Positions 39,548 through 47,988 of a stretch of DNA of 64,000 nt are shown here, one piece after another. This stretch comes from Candidatus Kapaibacterium sp. (lineage in GTDB: Bacteria > Bacteroidota > Ignavibacteria > Kapaibacteriales > UBA4661). The first letter of the stretch is position 1; every line of letters begins with the position of its first letter. The notes below the pieces were generated by a model. That model saw only the letters and a program-made list of their open reading frames with translations, ran no database searches and had not been told where the DNA came from. Both the position numbers and the translations under genes were made by a program. Location of the stretch: assembly GCA_025455065.1 (NCBI GenBank), contig JALONG010000017.1, positions 4,294-68,293 of the forward strand, given 5' to 3'.

Positions 39548-40336
39548 TTAGAGACTTTTCATAGAGCGAAATTTCAGCGTTTGACGGCGCGAAACTTCAA
39601 TCACTGAGCCATCTTCGAGCGTCATCAGCATTCGCCCGTCTGCTTGCGGCTCTAGTTTTCGCACAAACGAAAGATTGATGATGTGTTTGCGATTTGCCCG
39701 AAAAAAAGAGTGGGGATGTAGGCGCTCTTCGAGGCTTGCCAAGGTACGCAAAATAAGCGGCTTGTGCTTGTCGAAATACAGCCGCGTATAACTTCCTTCG
39801 GATTCAAACAACCGAATGTCTCCTAAGCGTACAAACCAGCATTGGTCGCCATCGCGGACAAAAAAACGTTCATCTTCGGAACGATAGTTTGCCGCAACAT
39901 CTGATAGATTCTCACTCTGAGTGACACTTGATGCGCGGGTTTGTTCCGCCAAGCGCTGCTGTTCAACAACCGCAATTACCTTATGAAGTGCCATTTGAAG
40001 CCGTTTGGGGTCAATTGGTTTCACCAGATAACCTATCGCACTCACCTCGAAGGCTTTGAGTGCATACTCGTCAAATGCGGTAACAAAGACGATGTGCGGC
40101 ATATAATCTAGTGTTTCGAGCATATCAAATCCCGATGCGCCGGGCATTTGTACATCCAAAAACACAAGGTCGGGCTGTAGTTCTTCAATGCTTTTTTTTG
40201 CAACGATGGCGTTTGCAGCCTCACCGATAATTTCGATTCCGGGAAACTCTGCAACGAGGCGTTTGAGGCTGTTGCGAGCCAAACGTTCATCATCTACAAC
40301 AATAGCAGTGATGCGGTGTTCAGGCGGGGTTATCAT
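39548..40336 (-). CDS. LytR/AlgR-family response regulator (REC + LytTR)
   Basis: REC domain with VFLDVQMPG and a C-terminal LytTR domain (FFRANRKHIINLSFV). The start overlaps the kinase stop (ATGA). Confidence 0.9.
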   Translation of the reverse strand: MITPPEHRITAIVVDDERLARNSLKRLVAEFPGIEIIGEAANAIVAKKSIEELQPDLVFLDVQMPGASGFDMLETLDYMPHIVFVTAFDEYALKAFEVSAIGYLVKPIDPKRLQMALHKVIAVVEQQRLAEQTRASSVTQSENLSDVAANYRSEDERFFVRDGDQCWFVRLGDIRLFESEGSYTRLYFDKHKPLILRTLASLEERLHPHSFFRANRKHIINLSFVRKLEPQADGRMLMTLEDGSVIEVSRRQTLKFRSMKSL

Positions 40337-41538
40337 TCGTACTGTTCCTTGATTTTTTTCTTATACTCCAAACTTTGAGGTATGCCTGAAAGAGCGATAT
40401 TGTGATTCTCTAACGGTATTGCAACCCTCGCCACGACGTGCGTTTCAGGGTATGCGCCGTATTCGTTCAGGGAAAATGAAGCAACATCGCCGTAGAGCAA
40501 TCTCAACCGTTCTGTTGTGTTCGGAATACCAACCCCTGTGCCGCTTGTAGGGCTGTTTGCAGGGCTGTTCAGTGTGCCGGAATTAGTAATTTCGCACACC
40601 ATTATTTCCCTTCTCCGCTCCATTTCCCTAGCGATATTCAGCGTTAGTGTGCCGCCGTTTGGAAGCTGCGCAATACCGTGTTTGACGGCATTTTCAACCA
40701 ATGTTTGCAAAAGCATTTGCGGAATGCGTTCCGAAAGTAAGCCGGAATCAACATCAATCAAGGTTTTCAGGCGGTCATCAAATCGAATCCGCTCTAATTC
40801 GAGATAATTCGAGACAGCATCAAGTTCTTCACGCAATGTTACAAGCGGCTTATCGCCGACATTCATGGAATACCGCAGCACACCGGAGAGTTTTATCACC
40901 GCCTCACGCGCTTTAGCAATGTCTTCACTCATCAATTCTTGTATGCTATTCAGTGCATTAAAGAGAAAGTGCGGGTTGATTTGTGCCTTGAGGGCAAGGA
41001 GTTGTGCCTCTTGCAGCGTTGCTTGCATTTTCCAAAATGCGATTTTTTGCTGCCGCGAACGCTGTTCAGCATGAACACCGAAATACAACACCGCCCACAA
41101 GCTACACCAGAAAAAATGCAGCAAAAGAAATTGAAACATTTTCGCCGCTTGAAGGAATTGACCGCCCGGATGCAGCGCAAGAAGGCTTGTTTGCCAATCC
41201 TGCATCATTTCTGAGACTAGCCACATTCCGCAGGACATCAGCAATGATGCAAGCGTTATGCGGGGCAGTAGCTCACGAAATGAGTATTGAAGCCATTCTC
41301 TCCGATGAATAACGGTGCGGAGGTAATGCGTAAAAGCAACCCCAGAAAGCGCACGAATACACATCGTCTGCACACCAACAACAGCCGCAAGACGCAAAGA
41401 ACGGGTTTCGGTGAGCAAGACAAGTTTTCCGGCATTGGTGAATGTGGTTACTGCTATGCCGCAAAGAGCGTACAACCCCCACCAAAGCGTTTGACAAAGC
41501 CAATACCATGCAGGGTGGAATGATGATTGTGTTCGCAT
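40333..41538 (-). CDS. LytS/YehU-type sensor histidine kinase
   Basis: Five or six TM segments, the His_kinase block QINPHFLFNALNSI, and HATPase boxes ENAVKHG and GTGVGIPNT. Confidence 0.85.
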   Translation of the reverse strand: MRTQSSFHPAWYWLCQTLWWGLYALCGIAVTTFTNAGKLVLLTETRSLRLAAVVGVQTMCIRALSGVAFTHYLRTVIHRREWLQYSFRELLPRITLASLLMSCGMWLVSEMMQDWQTSLLALHPGGQFLQAAKMFQFLLLHFFWCSLWAVLYFGVHAEQRSRQQKIAFWKMQATLQEAQLLALKAQINPHFLFNALNSIQELMSEDIAKAREAVIKLSGVLRYSMNVGDKPLVTLREELDAVSNYLELERIRFDDRLKTLIDVDSGLLSERIPQMLLQTLVENAVKHGIAQLPNGGTLTLNIAREMERRREIMVCEITNSGTLNSPANSPTSGTGVGIPNTTERLRLLYGDVASFSLNEYGAYPETHVVARVAIPLENHNIALSGIPQSLEYKKKIKEQYE

Positions 41539-41872
41539 TTTGCCGTGAGAAAAGTGTTTCGTGCAGAGATGTGTTGTTTATACACTCACGAAAATACAAG
41601 CCCTCACGCGCATCTCATAACTAAATTCAATGAGTGGTCGCAGGAATTGATGAACGGTTTTTGAGTGGAGTTTGGTGGTATGCAAAAGTTCATCATACAA
41701 CGTATCGTTCAATACAAAAGCCCTGCACACTTGATAAAAACTCGTGTACAGGGCTATTATTTTGTGGGGATATTCTTTACCTTCTTGAATTCAAGTGATA
41801 ATAATTCGGGAAAAATGGTAATTTACCTCTTTATCTATCGTATCGCCGCACGAAACATTGCTTTTTAACGCT

Positions 41873-43153
41873 ATGGAAGAACTATTCATCACCAAAATAG
41901 ACATCAAGAATGTTCGCCATTTGAAGGATATTACCATTCCGCTTTCCACCGAAACGCGGAAACACTTGATTTTGACAGGCAAGAATGGGAGCGGGAAAAC
42001 GTCGGTGTTGAATGCGTTGAACTTCCTACTTGATACAGGGGTTCGCTCTCAGCAGTTTAATCAATTGGATACTAAATTGAATAGCATCAAGAGCTATACC
42101 CACGCTATTGAGCAGTTTTCCTTAGAAATCGAACAAAACCCCGACAAAAAACAATCAATTTCAAATCGTGATAACGCCATTTATAGCCGCAAACAAGTTG
42201 AAAACAGTATTTTATGGTTTCATCAAATCCCTGTAGAATTTACCAACATAAACAAGATTGTATTGAGTTTTTTACATGGCGAGTTTATTATCGCCTCCTT
42301 TGCTGCAAAACGGAAGCCACAATTTGAAGCCTCAAACGGTGTCAATAAAGTGAATTTGCCCAATGTTTCAGGACTCCCGGAAGGTCTGAATAAACAACTA
42401 GTCAAGTATCTTGTGTATCTCCGTGCCGATGCCTCCTTCTTGCGCGATGAAGGTAAAGCTGAAGAAGCGCATCAAATCGAAGAATGGCTAGCTTCTTTTG
42501 AGCAATTACTCAAGAAAATTTTCAACGACGAAGGCTTAAAACTGGAATTTGACCGAAGCACGGCAAATTACACTTACAATATCCTCCAAACAGGGCGCGA
42601 AAAGGCAGATTTCAACACGCTTTCCGATGGATATTCTGCAATTCTGAGCATCGTTAGCGAACTTATTTTGCGGATGCAGCAAGCCCCCAAGCCTCTTCGT
42701 ACCTACGAAATGCAAGGAATTGTGCTGATTGACGAAATCGAAACGCATCTGCACTTAGAACTGCAAAAGCAGATATTTCCTTTCTTGACGACCGTTTTCC
42801 CAAAAATTCAGTTCATCGTTACGACACATTCGCCATTTGTGATTAGTTCGGTGGAAAATGCTGTGGTGTATGACCTCGAAACCCGCATCTGCACTGATGC
42901 GCTTTATGGTTCGTCTTACGAAGCGATTGCAGAGGCGTATTTCGATGTAAACAAGTATTCAAGTGAGATTCAAGAACGTTTGAAGGAATATGAAACTCTT
43001 GTTAAGAAAGACAGCAGAACACCTGCCGAAGCTGCACAGATGATAGCATTGGAGCAAGAATTTGAGTCTTTGCCCACATTCCGCTCTCCTGAATTATTCA
43101 GCACGCTCCGCAAACTTCGCAACCGTCCTGCCGCCAATGGTCAATCTCACTAA
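41873..43153 (+). CDS. ptuA: AAA15/21-type ABC-like ATPase, Septu PtuA-like
   Basis: Walker A GKNGSGKTS, signature-like LSDGYSAIL, Walker B VLIDEIETHLH and H-loop TTHSPFV. It overlaps the downstream HNH gene by 17 nt and is AT-richer than its neighbours. Confidence 0.6.
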   Translation: MEELFITKIDIKNVRHLKDITIPLSTETRKHLILTGKNGSGKTSVLNALNFLLDTGVRSQQFNQLDTKLNSIKSYTHAIEQFSLEIEQNPDKKQSISNRDNAIYSRKQVENSILWFHQIPVEFTNINKIVLSFLHGEFIIASFAAKRKPQFEASNGVNKVNLPNVSGLPEGLNKQLVKYLVYLRADASFLRDEGKAEEAHQIEEWLASFEQLLKKIFNDEGLKLEFDRSTANYTYNILQTGREKADFNTLSDGYSAILSIVSELILRMQQAPKPLRTYEMQGIVLIDEIETHLHLELQKQIFPFLTTVFPKIQFIVTTHSPFVISSVENAVVYDLETRICTDALYGSSYEAIAEAYFDVNKYSSEIQERLKEYETLVKKDSRTPAEAAQMIALEQEFESLPTFRSPELFSTLRKLRNRPAANGQSH

Positions 43154-43826
43154 ATCGCAACCCGCGCCGGATTGCTTGGTTGCGGAACAGGCAAAATCAA
43201 ACGGAAGCGTTCGGAACTGCCCCGAAGTGCGTGAACGCTTACGTGTGGACTTTTACGAAAAATGCTATCTCTGCGAACGACACGATATTCCCATGGAAAT
43301 TGAGCATTTTATCCCGCACAAAGGCGATAAAACCTTGGAGTTCGACTGGCTCAACCTTTTCCTTGCCTGCGGGCATTGCAACAGAGCCAAAGGAACGCAG
43401 CTTGACTTGCTCAACTGCACCAATCCTAGCGATGATGTTCTCCGCCAACTTGAATACCAATATTCTGCCGAGAATCTCTCGTCAAAAATCAGCATTGATG
43501 CGCTCAATGACGATGTTCGTGTGCGGAATACCGCACATTTGCTCACAACAATTTTTAACAGCACTTCGGGCGAAGGTAAGATGTACTCGCCCAAGTTGCG
43601 CTCTAAACTTGGAGAGGAAATCCAACGTCTCGAAACAACAATAGAATCTCTTCTCGCAAGGAAACAAGAGGGTTTCGAGACAAGTGATGATTACTTCGCC
43701 CTTCAACACCATTTATCAATTCAATCCCCTTTTTTCGCCTTTAAGTATTGGTTTCTTCGCCGCCACACCTTGTACAGCCTTGAGTTTCAAGACCTACTTG
43801 CTCAAGCACCACTGCCTGCTTTTTAA
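43137..43826 (+). CDS. ptuB: HNH endonuclease, Septu PtuB-like (TIGR02646-type)
   Basis: CYLCE...EIEHFIPHKGD...NLFLACGHCNRAKG is an HNH/beta-beta-alpha-Me motif. The ATG at 43137 lies inside the 3' end of the ATPase gene. Confidence 0.6.
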   Translation: MVNLTKSQPAPDCLVAEQAKSNGSVRNCPEVRERLRVDFYEKCYLCERHDIPMEIEHFIPHKGDKTLEFDWLNLFLACGHCNRAKGTQLDLLNCTNPSDDVLRQLEYQYSAENLSSKISIDALNDDVRVRNTAHLLTTIFNSTSGEGKMYSPKLRSKLGEEIQRLETTIESLLARKQEGFETSDDYFALQHHLSIQSPFFAFKYWFLRRHTLYSLEFQDLLAQAPLPAF

Positions 43827-45385
43827 TACCGCATCATCATTATCGCCGCAAAGGTTTCAAGACCATTCCAAAGATTTTGCAGGCGCAAGTTCTCATTTTC
43901 TGCGTGTTGGTTGTTATCGTGATTCGCAATCGGAACAGTAACAGTCGTGCTTTTGAGGTGTTTTTCAAAGAGGTAGAGCGGCAAACTTCCACCCAAAGAC
44001 GGCACAACAACGAGCGGCTCGGAGATAGTCGTCTGCACGGCAGCAATGACCGCCTTTGCAAGCGGGTGTGAAAGCGGGGTGCGTTGGGCGTTGTAGCCCG
44101 GAAACGTCCGTACTTTCGCAATGTTTGCGTGCTGCAAACGCTCTTCGTCGCTTGGTTCGCGGTCAATGACGTAGTAGCCTTGTTTTTGAATGTGGCGTTT
44201 GATTTTTTCACTTTGGCGTTGCCAATCATTCCCCAAAACCAGCCTCAAATCAAGCGCGGCTACTGCTTGCGTGGGGATCACATTGGCAGCCATTGCGCCC
44301 ACATTCGCAGCGCGAATGCCGTTCAGATTCAGCGACGGAAGGTTGAGCATTTCCAATAGCAATGCCCCTGCGCCGTCGGGTTTTGCAACGCCGAGTTCGC
44401 GTTTCATCTGCTCATCGGGGTGAGGAATAGCGCGGATTGCAGCACTTTCTTCGTCAGTAAACGGTACAACGTCGTCGTAAAAGCCTTCCACGAGAACACG
44501 CCCTGAAGAATCTTTCATCGAAGCAAGTAGCAAAACCAGCTTTTGTGCGGGATTCGGCACCCAATTCCCGTAATGTCCGCTATGCAAAGGACGCTTTGGA
44601 CCAAACACGGTAATTTCCATATTCACATCGCCCCGCACACCGCACACAACCTGCTTTCGTCCCGATTGATGCACAGGTCCGTCGCAGATAATCCAGCCGT
44701 CGGATTGCAGCACCGCTTTGTTTCGCTCCAAAATATCGCCCAAATTCGGCGACCCTGCTTCTTCCTCACCTTCAAAGAAAAATTTCAGATTCACGCTTGG
44801 CTGAATGCCGCTTTTGCGGAGTGCTTCATACGCATTCAAAATCGCAACAACACCGCCTTTGTCATCCGATGCAGAACGAGCATAGATGCGGTATTCGGGG
44901 TTTATTCGCATTGCGCTTTTTTCGTCGGGAAATCTAATAATTTCCCCACCTTTGTCCAAGGCACCCGACCGCAAGACAGGCGCGAAGGGCTTACCGTCAC
45001 GCGACCATTCAAGCGGGTTCACGGGCTGCCCGTCGTAGTGCGCATACAGGATAATGGTTTTAGTTGCACCTTTCGTTTTCACTTCCCCAAAGACCGCCGG
45101 AGGCGCATCGGGCTTTGTTCCACGAAGAAGTTGGACGTTTTCAATACCGCGTTTTTTCATCATTTCCACAACAAAATCTGCGTTTTGCACAATGTTTAGG
45201 CTATCACCGACAACATTTGGAAGCGCTAGAAAATTGCGGAACTCCCGCAACATGGCGTGTTCATTTGCCTCGCGGTAAGAGCGAACAGAAGTGAGGTTTT
45301 GTAAAGGTTTGATGGGTGGTAACTGAGTTTGCGCTTGGCTTTGCCCAAAAGCAAGAAAGAGGAATAGAAAGAAAAAATTTTGCAT
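43823..45385 (-). CDS. M20/M25/M40 family metallopeptidase, secreted
   Basis: YAHYDGQP, SDDKGG and EGEEEAGS metal-ligand blocks. Signal peptide present. Confidence 0.85.
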   Translation of the reverse strand: MQNFFFLFLFLAFGQSQAQTQLPPIKPLQNLTSVRSYREANEHAMLREFRNFLALPNVVGDSLNIVQNADFVVEMMKKRGIENVQLLRGTKPDAPPAVFGEVKTKGATKTIILYAHYDGQPVNPLEWSRDGKPFAPVLRSGALDKGGEIIRFPDEKSAMRINPEYRIYARSASDDKGGVVAILNAYEALRKSGIQPSVNLKFFFEGEEEAGSPNLGDILERNKAVLQSDGWIICDGPVHQSGRKQVVCGVRGDVNMEITVFGPKRPLHSGHYGNWVPNPAQKLVLLLASMKDSSGRVLVEGFYDDVVPFTDEESAAIRAIPHPDEQMKRELGVAKPDGAGALLLEMLNLPSLNLNGIRAANVGAMAANVIPTQAVAALDLRLVLGNDWQRQSEKIKRHIQKQGYYVIDREPSDEERLQHANIAKVRTFPGYNAQRTPLSHPLAKAVIAAVQTTISEPLVVVPSLGGSLPLYLFEKHLKSTTVTVPIANHDNNQHAENENLRLQNLWNGLETFAAIMMMRY

Positions 45386-45577
45386 ACATAGTCGTGAGAA
45401 TGTTGGCTAAATTTGGAAGTATCAAATTGCAATTTTCCCTTGAAATGACAATCAACCTTGAATTCAAGTTTAGGGCTATCGCATGAGAAAGGTAGCAAAA
45501 ACGGCAAAGAATACGGAAATTTGCCATTCTAACCAAGAGCTATATTGACCGTTTTTCTTACCTGTTTTTTGTGTGCA

Positions 45578-45688
45578 ATGACGATTGCCGAAGCCTTTGC
45601 ACCGCTCTAAGACCCGCTTCAAACAGGGAAAGTCGGGCATCACCTCATGGATATTCTCATGCTCACCCTCAGTAGGGCTATCGCATGA
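45578..45688 (+). pseudogene. ISAs1 / H-repeat family transposase N-terminal remnant
   Basis: Translation MTIAEAFAPL*DPLQTGKVGHHLMDILMLTLSRAIA* matches the family block ([25 protein letters not shown] in E. coli H-rpt proteins). There is an in-frame TAA at 45608 and the rest of the gene is missing. Confidence 0.45.
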
Positions 45689-46100
45689 ACATCCACAACC
45701 CGCATAAAACCTTGCGATTGCAACAAGGGGTTGCAACCTCTTGCTACACGGAATGAGTATTCAAGCCATTAAAAAAAATTCATGCGATTACCCTCGAAAG
45801 ATTCTCGGCTTCCGAACTCCAGCAGAGGTATTCTTTTCCAACACCTTACGACTTTCGCACTTGTAACTTGAATTCACGACTCTTTGCGTTGATAACCGGA
45901 CAACATGATGAAGCGAAAGTAAATAACTCAACACCTGTTGAACATTTATATATTCTGCTTTTTTCCACTGTGTATTTTGTTGTGAGTATGATATTTAGCT
46001 ATGTCTAGCCAGGACGCTTCAACAATGATCCTTTTGAAATGCTGATGAGAAAAATTTCGGGCTAATTGTTGAAAAAATTCTCCCTTGCACAAACACGTAA

Positions 46101-46427
46101 ACGCACCTTTTCACAAAAAAGCCCTAAAGCCAAGATTACATCTTGCCTTCAGGGTTTTTATTTTTTGAGGGCAGTTTGCGAAAAAATGCCGTCGAAGCAA
46201 GACGGAATCTGGATTTGAGGGTTGTCGAAGAATATTGCTCTTCAAGAACTACAAGCATACAACAACACTACTGCAAGGGTACGCTCCACGCACGCGACCA
46301 GATAGGCGTTCAACAAACATTTTCTCTTTTGACCAAATGAATATCAGAAAGGAGTGACAAGACAAAAACTACGACAACGACAATACGATAACTACGGCAA
46401 AACTTTCGTATATTTACGAGTTAGTGG
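46101..46427 (+). repeat. conserved leader module, long copy 1 (327 bp)
   Basis: Starts ACGCACCTTTTCACAAAAAAGCCC, then a 13-bp-stem hairpin, a T-run, GAGGGCAGTTTGCG ... TTTCGTATATTTACGAG. By eye it differs from 47579-47905 by about 20 substitutions and no indels. Confidence 0.85.
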
Positions 46428-46469
46428 CAAGTTTAACAGACATAGTAAACAGCAAAAGAACTTAAAAAA

Positions 46470-47426
46470 ATGAGACAAATGTTCCCTTTACTTTTTATAC
46501 TTCTTTTTTCGTGTCAAAATACACCAAAGAATAACAAAGTACTTGAAGCCGAAAAAATGAAAACTGACACTTCATACGTATGGACAAAACTATTGGATAG
46601 TGCCGAATGGAGAAAAAATTATAACTTCCAAATGTTCAGCCAAACAGATACAATTTGGACTTTTCACCCTGACGGAAATTGGTATTCAAAAGATGGTAAA
46701 GGTTGGATAAAATCAAACCTGCCCAACTCAATCTCTAACCTTGCATTCTTAGATTATGTACAATTTAAGGGAGCAGTTTATGGTCTTGGTTATTTCAAAG
46801 GGAATATTGAGCAGTTTGAGTTCAAGCCTGAGATTTACAAGACAACTGACTTTAACAAATGGGCAACTATTTCAAAAACAAGTAATCTACCAAAACGATT
46901 TTTCTATCACCCATTTGTTTTTGACAACAAAATTTGGATAATTGGTGGAGAAGACAAAAACACTAAGTTTTCAGACATTTGGAATTCATCAGATGGAATT
47001 GCTTGGACAAAACAAAAAGAAAACCTACCATTTGGCAAACGAAGTGGAAACCAGATAGTAACACTAAACAATAAGTTATACTCGCTTGACAATGATGTTT
47101 GGAGTTCAACGGACGGACTGAATTGGGAGAAAGTAACAGACGAGATAGTGAAGGGCGAGCAAATATTCGGTTATTCAGCACAAGTGTTTGACAACAAAAT
47201 TTGGTTACTTGGCTGTAACAGGAATGGACAGTTTTCAAGCCAAGTATTATTCAGTTCAGACGGAAAAAATTGGCATACACAAACAGCACCTTGGTTGCCT
47301 CGTGGTGGTATTGCAGCGACAGTACACAACAACAAGATTTATATGACAGGTGGTAAATATGGTGGAACACCTAATCATCCTGATTTCAGATACGACAATG
47401 ATGTATGGACACTTGAAAAAAAGTAA
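46470..47426 (+). CDS. Kelch-like beta-propeller lipoprotein (cassette cargo)
   Basis: Lipobox LLFSC. Repeated ...IW..GG... / SSDG.xW blades (SSDGIAW, STDGLNW, SSDGKNW). Markedly AT-rich. Confidence 0.65.
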   Translation: MRQMFPLLFILLFSCQNTPKNNKVLEAEKMKTDTSYVWTKLLDSAEWRKNYNFQMFSQTDTIWTFHPDGNWYSKDGKGWIKSNLPNSISNLAFLDYVQFKGAVYGLGYFKGNIEQFEFKPEIYKTTDFNKWATISKTSNLPKRFFYHPFVFDNKIWIIGGEDKNTKFSDIWNSSDGIAWTKQKENLPFGKRSGNQIVTLNNKLYSLDNDVWSSTDGLNWEKVTDEIVKGEQIFGYSAQVFDNKIWLLGCNRNGQFSSQVLFSSDGKNWHTQTAPWLPRGGIAATVHNNKIYMTGGKYGGTPNHPDFRYDNDVWTLEKK

Positions 47427-47466
47427 GAAATGAAAAGCCAGCCACTAATATCGTATTGGCAATAGT

Positions 47467-47578
47467 GGGGCTGACAGTTGTGAACTCAGCATTTGTACTT
47501 CTGTCGGGCATTTGTGCAAATGTTGGACTGACGTTTTTCAAATGCCCAACCATCGCCAAGCAGCAAACCGTTAGCCCC
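47467..47578 (+). other. attC-like imperfect palindrome (site A)
   Basis: Outer stem GGGGCTGAC / GTTAGCCCC (one G-T pair), inner perfect stem GGGCATTTG / CAAATGCCC, and an asymmetric internal loop. It ends in CCGTTAGCC directly before the leader module. Confidence 0.5.
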
Positions 47579-47905
47579 ACGCACCTTTTCACAAAAAAGC
47601 CCTGAAGCCAAGACTACATCTTGCCTTCAGGGTTTTTACTTTTTGAGGGCAGTTTGCGAAAAAACACCGTCGAAGCAAGATGGAATCTGGATTTGAGGGT
47701 TGTCGAAGTATATTGCTCTTCAAGAACTGCAAGCATACAACAACACTACGGCAAGGGTACGCTCTACGCAAGCGACCAGATAGGCGTTCCACAAACGTTT
47801 TCTCTTTTGACCAAATGAATAGCAGAAAGGAGCGACAAGACAAAAACTACGACAATGACAATATGACAACTACGACAAAACTTTCGTATATTTGCGAGTT
47901 GGCGG
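47579..47905 (+). repeat. conserved leader module, long copy 2 (327 bp)
   Basis: See copy 1. It contains TATATTTG (TAnnTTTG-type -7 box) about 90 nt upstream of the ImmA/IrrE-like gene. Confidence 0.85.
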
Positions 47906-47988
47906 TCATGCTAAAAAACCGACAGCTACCGACAAAACATTAGTATTTTGACAAAACCGACCTTAAAATTTATATTTTTGAAACCTAA

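Noticed and set aside
45476-45736. 86-aa minus-strand ORF in the ORF-poor junction.
   Set aside because: It is antisense to the ISAs1-like remnant and Cys/Gly-rich, with no start context. It is most likely spurious.
46143-46340. 65-aa ORFs inside the conserved leader copies (46143..46340, 47621..47818, 49870..50184). I considered them as a small conserved cassette protein.
   Set aside because: - They start at TTG inside the hairpin.
- Most substitutions between copies 1 and 2 change the amino acid (R/W, E/V, C/G, H/Y, R/S, Q/P).
- Copy 3 diverges after about 30 codons.
- The minus-orientation copies are open in a different frame.
This pattern fits non-coding sequence.
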